From positions 496,001 through 560,000 of the forward strand of contig NW_026250405.1 in assembly GCF_024521635.1 (NCBI RefSeq): 64,000 bases of DNA, read 5' to 3'. Both the position numbers and the translations under genes were made by a program. The notes beneath the pieces are model-generated. The model worked only from the letters and a program-made list of their open reading frames with translations. It was not told the DNA's origin and ran no database searches. Origin of the DNA: Tricharina praecox. Taxonomy: Eukaryota. Shown here piece by piece: positions 50,978-60,480 of the stretch. The number at the start of each line of letters is the position of its first letter. The stretch's first letter is position 1.

Positions 50978-53083
50978 ATGGCCGCTCACACTCTCAGACC
51001 GACGTCTTCCGGGTCGGAACATCAGCAACAGCACCACGGCGATTTCGTGCTTTTCGGAGAGGATCCTATATATGCCACTACATATCGAACACCATCTTTC
51101 TCCCACCCCGGCAGCAATCTTTTCCCCCAGGTCCTTTCCGACGTTTCCTTCCCAGGCGTCTTGGGAGAATCCCACATCTCGGATGCCCGCAACATGAACA
51201 CTCATTTCTACTCTCTCGGCACCTCCGGTATCGAACACGAGCTTCCCGTAACCTCCTCCGCCCCCGGCTTCGACCACCACATGGCCTACAGCCACTTTGG
51301 GGCTTCCGATATCCCTCGTTCCACTTACATGACCGAGTCGTTGACATCCGCCCCCGATGTCTTGATCCACCCTCCGACTCTCTCCTATCACGCGAATCAG
51401 TTTCCTCATCCTAGTGAGTACCGAACGACACCTTCTGCTTCCCCCGCAACGTCCGCCGGCGGCTTCGATGGATCTGGGAGTGGCCTATCGGGCTCCGAAG
51501 CTGGCAGTGTGCGAGGTTCGCCCTTCAACCCTCCCGTCGGCGTTGAAGACCACCTGCGCAGCTTCGGTGTCGTCGACCCTGCTTTCACCGGTACGCGCCA
51601 TTCTCATTCGCATATGCGACGAGGGCTGACCCTTTCACCAGACATAGACCCTTCCCTGGTGTCCAATTCGCCTCCCGCCGAGCAGCCGCTCTCGGCCGTT
51701 TCCCCGTACGGCTCTCCCACCTGGGGTACGATGCATTCGGGCCCTCCATCCCCCAACCTGAGAAGACAACACAGCCAGACCGGAAGACTCACCCCCGGTC
51801 ACCAAGCGTACACCAGACACATCCCTTACTCGCCGCGAAGACCCTCGACCGGATCGGTACACTCCCACAGATCCATGGGATCCCCGCACGTCAACAACTT
51901 GGAGCAAGAGGAAACGTATATCCCCAGCGGGATGGGATACCCACCCAGTCGATCGCCCTCTCAGAAATCCAACTGTTCCCACAGACACGCAAGAGCGGAG
52001 AGCACCTCGGAAAGCATCAACAGTGCTACCGGCTCGGCCGGAGGAAATCCTCCTACCAAGGACGCAAAGGAAACACTCTGCCTCGAATGCAACAAGTGCT
52101 TCCGCGACCTCCGCGCCCATCAATACACCCACTTAGCTGAGAGACCTGAGAAGTGCCCTATCGCTACCTGTGAATACTCGAAGAAAGGGTTCGCGCGCAA
52201 ATACGACTGCCAGCGCCACACCTTGACTCACTACAAAGGCACCATGGTATGCGGATTCTGCCCCGGCTCGGGCTCGGCGATGGAGAAGTCGTTCAACCGC
52301 GCAGATGTCTTCAAGAGGCATCTCATGGCTGTCCACCACGTGGAGCAGACACCACCGAACGGTAGACAGAAGAAGAGCTCGAAGGGCAAGGGATTGCAAG
52401 AGGACGACCTTTCGAACCACTTCTCGAGCGGCAAGTGCAGCACTTGCAGCATCACCTTCGCCACCGCGCAGCAGTTCTACGAGCACTTGGACGACTGCGT
52501 TCTCTCCAAGGTTGTGGAAGAGGAGCCGGCAGCCGCCGCCAACGAAATGAATCTCTCCCAAATCAAACTCGAGGATCTCGAGGAGGACTTTGCACACATC
52601 AACGACGATGACGAGGATGACGACGAGGAGCTCGGAGATGTCGACGAGATGGACGACGACGAGGATAAGGACGAGACATACGTCGGTGGTCCCGTCAAAA
52701 AGAACAACAAGAACCGTCGGGCCCCCACCACTCGGTCCAAGGCGAAGACCATCAAGAGGTCCGGATCTGGCAGTAGCCGCCTAGGGGACCGCAACGCCAT
52801 CACGAAGCCTCTGAGGCGGAGAAAGAAGAAGAAGCACTTTCCCGCGGGATGGGGCGCATCACCAGAACACATGGTCACCAAAAGACGGTGTCTAGTAGTC
52901 TACGATGGCCCCAAGATGTTGTGCAAGGACGAGATGATGATGAGCACCGAATGGGAAGTCCGCGCCGAAGTCGGAGACTTGTCCGACCTTGATTACTGGA
53001 CCCTGCGGCGAGCTGAGGCCTTTTTGGATTCCGCACCCAGCCGGGGCGGTGAGGCGACTCCCCTCATCGGAGGGGTACGATGA
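50978..53083 (+). CDS. C2H2 zinc-finger transcription factor (4 fingers); probable in-frame 51 nt intron at 51591-51641
   Basis: CLECNKCFRDLRAHQYTH, ERPEKCPIATCEY..KGFARKYDCQRHTLTH, CGFCPGSGS..EKSFNRADVFKRHLMAVH, CSTCSITF...YEHLDDC; acidic tract and basic NLS-like RRRKKKK. Confidence 0.93.
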   Translation: MAAHTLRPTSSGSEHQQQHHGDFVLFGEDPIYATTYRTPSFSHPGSNLFPQVLSDVSFPGVLGESHISDARNMNTHFYSLGTSGIEHELPVTSSAPGFDHHMAYSHFGASDIPRSTYMTESLTSAPDVLIHPPTLSYHANQFPHPSEYRTTPSASPATSAGGFDGSGSGLSGSEAGSVRGSPFNPPVGVEDHLRSFGVVDPAFTGTRHSHSHMRRGLTLSPDIDPSLVSNSPPAEQPLSAVSPYGSPTWGTMHSGPPSPNLRRQHSQTGRLTPGHQAYTRHIPYSPRRPSTGSVHSHRSMGSPHVNNLEQEETYIPSGMGYPPSRSPSQKSNCSHRHARAESTSESINSATGSAGGNPPTKDAKETLCLECNKCFRDLRAHQYTHLAERPEKCPIATCEYSKKGFARKYDCQRHTLTHYKGTMVCGFCPGSGSAMEKSFNRADVFKRHLMAVHHVEQTPPNGRQKKSSKGKGLQEDDLSNHFSSGKCSTCSITFATAQQFYEHLDDCVLSKVVEEEPAAAANEMNLSQIKLEDLEEDFAHINDDDEDDDEELGDVDEMDDDEDKDETYVGGPVKKNNKNRRAPTTRSKAKTIKRSGSGSSRLGDRNAITKPLRRRKKKKHFPAGWGASPEHMVTKRRCLVVYDGPKMLCKDEMMMSTEWEVRAEVGDLSDLDYWTLRRAEAFLDSAPSRGGEATPLIGGVR

Positions 53084-54765
53084 GACGGACCTTCCTCTTG
53101 CATCTTTTAGTCCCTTCCATTTCTGTATGGGTCCAGGCGTTATTTTTCACTCTTCTTTTTTTTGGTTCTTTCTTTTTTCATTTTTTCCATGAGTTGGATG
53201 ATTTACGATTTTTTTTAACTGGATACTTCCTTTTGGAAAGGGGCACTCCAGGGGGATGGAGTTATTTTGCACCTTTGGGGCACGCATGGGGATATGTAAT
53301 ATGGTATTGTTTTTTTTAACTCGCTCGCTGCTGGTTGCGATCGCGGAGTCTGCGAGGTTGGGCGGAATTCTGTGTCATTAGTTTTATTGGGGGTTTTCTC
53401 GGTGGTGGTGGTGGTGGTGGACTGGTGGTTGGCATTGGGTTTGGGCGCATTTGGGGTTACGGATATTTATTTGGGGGGGTTTTTAGGAATCAATTCATTT
53501 TTTTTCATGCGAATGGACAGCACAACACGATTGGACGTGATGTGATTGTGTGCACTGTGCACTGTGCGGGAATCGTGAGATCGTCTGGTGATCATTCATG
53601 ATTTTGTAGGTACTTACATACGACAGGTTTTGCGACGTTCACTGTCTTGTTCATAATTCATGTCACTGCTTTTTTCTCTTCTGCTGTTTTTTTTTTGGTT
53701 TAATCATCATTGCATTCCCGACCATACCTACATCTATGTCATAGCATTTCCTCATGTGTCCAAGACTCCAACTGACCACGCGTCGCCCCCAAAAGCGGAT
53801 TGAGTGATCTTCAGTGCTTCCACTAACCTACCTATGCTGCCTACAGAACTGATCCAGAATGCAGAATCTGGAACATCGCCAATGGGCGCGCGATTGATCA
53901 TTGCAGTAGGAAGAGCAGTAGAGTAGAGCGATGCCTACGACGGAACGAGGGACCATTCGCATCGCGGCATGGCGGCATGGGGCGGAGAATCTCTCGCCAG
54001 CCGGCCGGCCGAAAGATACTCTACCTACCTACTCTACTCTACTCTACGGTAGGCACATAGGCGGATGAACGTACTCTACATAGGAGTAGGAGTAGGAGTA
54101 ATACTCTACCGTACCGGATGTTCCGGGGGGCCTGGGGTCGGGGGCCTGGGGGGTGGTGCCCCTGCTTTGGCTACCCTACCTGCTTTGGTCCACTCACCAC
54201 TCCGCTCCACTCCACCTGCTCTGCCTGTCCTGCTCGCTCTGCCCGCGCTGCCTGTGACACACCTCGCACCCGCCACTAACAAGCTTTCGGTAGATATAAT
54301 ACAATGTACTCTACTTAGACATGTTCGTCCCCCCGGCCCCCAGACAAGACAAGACAAGACCAAGCCAGGATCGGGCGTCCCGAAAAGTCGCTCGGCAATC
54401 CCTATCCGGGTCCGGGGGGTTACACGGGTTTACATATTTAATATATCTAGGGATGTGTGTAGGTATGAGGTAGGTGCATGGGTAGGCACAAAGAGCAGGT
54501 ACATCTGCGCGCATCGGCATACGTATATCGAGTAAGATCTAGATTCTACATAGATTCATGGCGCGGTTGTTGTTGACGGATATAATACCTGGTATAGTAG
54601 GTATGTAGGTGTGCCCTGCTCGCGGGTACATAGGGCTGTGGCCTGTGCTCTGTGGCCGGTGGGTTCCGGCACCGCACGTCGGGATGCAATTGTGCCGGTA
54701 CTCTATGTACATACATACCCGAGCGGTCAGGCTTCAATGTTCAATGGTAAGGGAACGTGTGGGAA

Positions 54766-54809
54766 TAGGCGAAGATGCATATGCCATAGGCGAAGATGCA
54801 TATGCCATA
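54766..54809. repeat. Perfect 21 bp tandem duplication
   Basis: ATAGGCGAAGATGCATATGCC twice. Confidence 0.9.
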
Positions 54810-54867
54810 TGTGAATTAGATACCGTATGTAGATGCGGATTGTCGAGTGAAATCAATCCCGACATGT

Positions 54868-55649
54868 CTATGTTGCCCTCAATAGTTCGTCTTCCTCTCC
54901 TCTCGATACTCGCTTTACCTCGTCGACGATCCTCTCCGCCATAGTCTCGACCGCCTCGACCTCCTCCCACGTAGCCCCGTTATTGACGCACCCCCTGTTT
55001 ACCACCCGTAAGCAACCGATCACCCCGCGGCACTCGCCCGGCCCACCCCCGCCACGCACCTTCTATGCCCCTTCCTCTGCGCGGCCCAAGCCTCACCACC
55101 GGTGACCAGGCCCGCAACAAGGACCCAGCCAGTCTCCTTATTCGACAACACGGCCTCCTCAGCGAGGACGCCCGCATATACCAGCGCAGCGACGGTGCCG
55201 AGATCATCGTAGCTCCTGCGCATACCGCTCATGACTCGCGGGCCGACCTTTCCATAGATACTCTCCCACAGCATCTGGCCGGCGTGCATACGCACGCCCT
55301 CCGCGCGCGCAGTCGGACTCGGCGCGTCCAGCAGCTCCGGCGGCACAACGGCCTTGAGCGCGTTCAGCGCGTTGATGGAGCTGGGCAGGCCGCCGATGGC
55401 GGAGGCCTTGAGCAGGGCTTCGCGCGTGCGGTCGAGGACCGCGCGCTCTGCCGCCGGAGACCCCCCCACCGCCGCCGCCGAAGCAGCCGAAGCAGCTGAC
55501 GCCGCAGTGTAGATCGCGGGGATCTCAAGCGGCCGGTTCAGCACTGCGAAGGTCACCGACGCGAGGTAGTACCAGCTGTTCGGTGGGAGGTGCGGGATCG
55601 CGCGCAGCGATGTCAGGAACCGCGGGGTGGATATTTTCGCCATGGACAT
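54868..55649 (-). CDS. AhpD/carboxymuconolactone decarboxylase-like protein (yeast Pxp2-like family), 2 exons
   Basis: WYYLASVTFAVLNRP.EIP.IY...RTREALLKAS.IGGLP..INAL...GQMLWESIYG...Q.KGHRR|GALNNGAT.EEVEAV; last exon ends at 54868. Confidence 0.82.
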
Positions 55650-56285
55650 GGTTGCGGAAGGAAGAAGGAAGGAACGTGCGTGACGTTGGTGATGTGCTGA
55701 TGTGCGCCCGACTCCCGGGGCCGAGGTTAGTGCGTCGTCTCGGTAAATGAGTTCCGGATCATGGATTGTCACTCATCATGCGAGCTCCGGTATGTGGAAC
55801 GGCTTTCGAGGATAGGCGGATGAGGCCGCTGAGGAAGACGCAGCAAGCGAGGTGTCCGAGTGGGAGCTCAGTGAGCGGGAAGAAAGGGAGGCAGAGCTGA
55901 GGCGAGGGGAGGAGGAGGGTGCTGAGGTCGAGGAGCCGGGGTCACGCCCGCTGTTCCTTCCCACACCTTCCTTCATGGCATCCCCTGATGAAGAGGCAGG
56001 AGGCGGCGAGGCGGACTAGTGACCTGCGTTGGGGCAGGGGCGAGTTGGGGCTGCGGATGAGTCGAGGGAGCGGAAGTTGTCTTTTCCTAGTGTTATTTCT
56101 TTGGTGTGCGCATGCAATCAATGAATAAACAAAAAAAAGAGGATATGCGGATGATGGGATGGTTGCCCGTATATAGTCTCGCTCGCCGGTGGTAGGTGTC
56201 GCAAGAGCTTTTCCTCCCGGGCGGAGCGTAAGTGCTACGAGTACAGCACTCTTTCCGCTCCTGTTGTGACTATTGATGAAGTTCC

Positions 56286-57921
56286 AAGTAATCATAACGC
56301 TGCTTCCATATGAGCACCCTTCCAACTGCACACCGGCTTCATCGTCGACGTCGACTCACCGTTAAATTCTGCAAACGTCCTGCTTGCTCAGGGAGGGTGT
56401 GCTGGAGATTGCTCGCGGCTCGGAGGAGGTCGATACCTAGCGGTGGCTCAGTCGGTCACGGCAGGGTTTCACACGGTCTCGGAGGGCGTAGGTATGATAG
56501 TGCTGAGCAGTCCCCAGCGTGCGTGGGAACCCGTAACATACGTGGCCACTGACAAGCAGAATTGGTGAGTCCAATTGGAACGGTTTCTTCGCCACAGCGT
56601 ACCCCCCGGCTCGGATCACTCGGCCGTTGGCGGCCGTACGTGACGTCGTCTAGAACTGTCGCTGTTGACGGCTGGAAGGGAAGGTGGGGTATGGTAGCAG
56701 GGTCGCCATAGTCTACTAGTAGAAAGGCCGTAGGTATGTGACAATAAATTGATGTTTTCTCACTCTTGTCGCTGTTGACAGTTTTGCGGACGGCTCATTT
56801 GACAACACCCTTCCAGGCCGGAGGCGGATCGAGAAGAGAGCACACACAGAAGAAAGAGGAGATATGGAGGTTGATCGTCTATTCGGTAGATGATGAAAGA
56901 GAGAGAAGAAGAAGAAGAAGGAGAAGGAGAAGAATAAGAAGAAGAATAAGAATAGGAAGAAGATTAAGAAGAAGACGACCCTGCCATGCCAGCCAACGTT
57001 GGTTGCCACCAACTTCGATGCCCACTACTAACCACATTTGCTTCCTCTCGCCGATGACTCCTCCATCGCTCCGCGCTCCGCATAACAGAACCATCGTCAT
57101 CTGGCCACGGCTCCCCTTTTACGGCTAGCCAGTGCTCTTACTGTTCCCATTGGTATAAGACACTGGTCATCACGAGCTTTCCAAGAAAGTTTCCGGATAT
57201 AGTGTTCTAACCGAGTATTCCAACAGTCTTTAGAGTATATACATTCGATCTTAAGGCAAATTATTAAGATCATGGCAAGAACCAAGTACTTCTTGTGGAT
57301 TCTCTCCTCCACAGCCGGTAGCGTAAAACGTATCACGTGATATTACCGAGTGATATCCATATAACCAGTGCTCCCTCCATCACGCCGAAACAAAAAACAA
57401 AAACAAAAACAAAAACAAAAACAAAAACAAAAACAAAAACCACCCCCGGTGGGTAGCTTGGAAGCCCCAAGAGCTGAGTCTTTCACCCCGGTTTGAACCG
57501 GGAGCTTCCGCCCAACTCCCCTTGCCGATTGCGTGGCCTAGACCACTAGACCACGCGGGGGTTTTTTCCGTGCTGGAAATATGAACTTGATGCTTATAAA
57601 GTGGTGGTTTCCCCCCGCGACGGACACACTCTGCCACAACGCTGCAAGCGAACAATATGCCGTGTACTTTGAATGCATCTGATGACGAACGATAAAGATA
57701 GCGCAGCAGCAGCAGTATTTTGGCTTCATTGCAGAGCATTCGAGCTCACCGGGCCTTGACATAGCCGGTGAGGTGAGGTAGTCTACCTAAACACATAGAT
57801 GGTAGGTGGTTTGCGTCAGTGGACGAGCTACCTTAGGTACCTACTCTAGTAAGTCACCATAAGACGAGACCGAGAGCCCGCCGGAGCGATAGTTAGTGAT
57901 GCGCCTCCGTTGCCAAAGAGC
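56286..57921 (-). repeat. Dispersed non-coding repeat, copy 2 (block order A-B-[722 bp]-C)
   Basis: Reverse-complement homology to 32453-33153 and 33698-33885; 56624-57345 has no counterpart in copy 1. Confidence 0.85.
57435..57574 (-). ncRNA. Candidate tRNA-derived Pol III transcription unit / SINE-like structured RNA, copy 2
   Basis: TTTATAA at 57600-57594, A box TGGTCTAGTGG, B box GGTTCAAACC, same hairpins as copy 1, followed by a (TTTTTG)n tract at 57388-57440. Confidence 0.62.
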
Positions 57922-59101
57922 GACGCCACGGAATCGGCTATACCAGTGACCACATAGGGAAGAGGGAGACACCATTATATCCGTCCGTCCTCCATACACC
58001 ACCGCCAAGATCATTGATGCACCAGCACAGAATACCACGCCGTGTGCCCTCCCATCCCGTCGTCAGTTCCAGTACACATCACCCACAGATCATCACTCTA
58101 CATACACGCCTCTCACAGTGCACACCGGCCAGCCGCCGGCCCCACTTGCACTTTTCCCCCAATCCTGCCTGCAATATATCTTCTAGTCCAGTCAATAAGT
58201 AAGTATGCCCGCATGCGGCTAAACATAGAGGGTGGGGGGAATCAACGTCCCAGCAGCCTTATGCCTCGGTACGTGCTTCGGGTAGGTAGTTGTGTAGACA
58301 CTGCTTGGCCCAATGTGAAAACGCAACCCAAGAGTTCGGTTTAACGTTGGCATTGTAGTATGCTGGAGTAGAGCCTGGCGGCCGTCTACCAGCTTCCAGA
58401 CGTGCCTAAACGGCAACGGCAACGTTACCGCCAGCCGTTCGTCTCCGGGACCCGTCCAGCCGGCCCGCCTTCGCATTCTCACTCCAGAGTCCAGTGGCTC
58501 CCCTTCAGGAATCAGGGCCCGAGCCGCCGGTACGATCGGGAACCTTGTCCGACAGATACATACCCATATCGCCCGGGAAACGAGGAAACGGGGAAGATCT
58601 TATGTCGTGCGTGCTATTGCTCTATCCGCAACGCTCGGCCGACGACCGCGGCTGTGCGATCACCAACCGTTACCAGAGCTCCCCTCCCCTTCTTCCCCGA
58701 CCACATAACAATGCATAGGATATTAAGACACAGGAAGGAATGCCAAGTGTCAATATATGTCAAAGCAGTTGCGGGTCCTGCAATAAATATTAAGGATGGT
58801 GTCTGCCAACTTAGGGCGTCGCGCTGGTTCCGTAGGTGGGTGGAGTGTGGCGGCGGGGAGCTGAGTGGTGGGAAAATGGGCTCTATCGTACCGTGGATTG
58901 TATGATGATATATTGATTGACGTATAGTAGTAATGGTAGTTATCATGCTAGCAGAAACGTGCAATGCTTCAGATAGAGCCATTAGGGGGACGCAGAAGTG
59001 TTTATCAACCACCCTCTTCCACATCTCCATCTCCATCATCAGCACCGCACCGCATCCATTCCTTCCCTCCCACCTACCTACCCACGCTCCTTCTCCTCGC
59101 C

Positions 59102-60480
59102 ATGGCCCTTCTACCCACCCTCCCCACCCTCCTCCTCGCCCTGAGCCTCCAGTCTTTCGTATCCGCGCACGGCGCCACCTCACCCCTAGCGCTCGCTCGA
59201 CGCAGCGCTTACCACCTAGACGCGCGCGCGGCGCTCTCGCGGTGCTCGCACAAGCTGCGGTTGCGAGAGCTAGCCACGCACCGGCTCGCGCGGCGCGCGG
59301 AGCTGATAGAATCGTACCTTTCCCGCCGTAGCGTCGAGAAGCGCGCTTTCGTCCCGCGCCCGATGTCGAAGCTCCAGGGGAACGGCAGCGAGCCGTGTAT
59401 TCTGGCGCCGGAGGTTACGATTGGGCCTTATTGTGGGTTTACTCTGGAAGCTTGGAGGAGGGGATGGGGGATGGGGGAGGGGAGGGGATAAGAGGCGACG
59501 CTGATGCGTGCGTGGACGGATAGATGTCAAGGAACAGCTGATACGCGGCGACGCTGATGCGTGCGTGGATGGATAGATGTCAAGGAACAGCTGATACACG
59601 GCGATATACGTAAGGGCGAGGGCGAGAGAGGCGTGCCGCTGCTGCTCGATCTGCAGTTTGTCGATATTAACACGTGCGAGACGGTTCCGAACGTTATGGT
59701 TGATGTTTGGCATTGCAATGTTGGTTACCCTTGGAGCGCGGGGGGGTGAATGGTATGGTATGGCTGACTGACTGGCGGACATAGACCACTGGAAAGTACT
59801 CGGGCTTTGAGGTGGAGCAGACCGTTGGCGAATCGTTGAATCGGGGATTGCACCCCACTGGTAGGGGCGCCCCCAGATCCTTTTAATGGGACCGGACTGA
59901 CACCTCCACCGTAGATCGCCACGAGATAATGCACATGACCACCTCCTTCCCGGGCTGGTACAGCGGACGGGCGACACACATCCACATCGCCGCGCACGTC
60001 GGCGGGGCTATCGACCGGCGCAAGCGTGTGTACGTCGGCGGCAACACGACCCACATCGGGCAGGTGTTCTTCCCCGAGGCGCTTCTCACACAAATCGACA
60101 GCGCGCTGCCGTACAGCAAGAACACCATCAACCGGCTCAAGAACACGTAGGACTTCATCTTCCACCAGGAAAACACCGGGTACGATGCGCTCGCCGACTA
60201 CCAGCTCCTGGGCGATGAGCTCGACGACGGCGTGCTCGCGTTCCTTAGCATAGGCATCGATGCGAAGATGGACTACCCCCTCGAGATGACGTTCCCCGGT
60301 GGAGGTGGCCCAGGCGGATTCAGCATGCCCCCGAACTTTACTATCACTCTCCCGCCCGGGCTCACCCTGCCCCCAGGGTTCACCATTCCCTCCGGCGTAT
60401 CGGTCGTCACCGCCACCGGCACGCTATCCGGTACGCTCGGGATCCCGTCGCCATCGGCGAATGCCACCGCAGCACCGTAG
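59102..60480 (+). pseudogene. Secreted intradiol ring-cleavage dioxygenase-like gene with in-frame TAG (probable pseudogene or null allele)
   Basis: Signal peptide; CILAPEVTIGPY|YV...GVPLLLDLQFVDINTCE.V....VDVWHCN|TTGKYSGF...NRG..PT|D...TTSFPGWYSGRATHIH...HIGQVFF. TAG at 60148-60150, after which the same frame continues DFIF...GYDALADYQLLGDELDDGVLAFLSIGID. Confidence 0.78.

Noticed and set aside
55776..55976. 66 aa Ser-rich ORF upstream of the AhpD-like gene as a uORF or separate gene
   Set aside because: Low complexity, no recognisable family and no supporting signals.
54868..60480. AhpD/CMD-like gene divergent from an intradiol dioxygenase as a beta-ketoadipate cluster
   Set aside because: The dioxygenase is the secreted fungal type and appears disrupted; the CMD-like protein is Pxp2-like; no other pathway genes are nearby.
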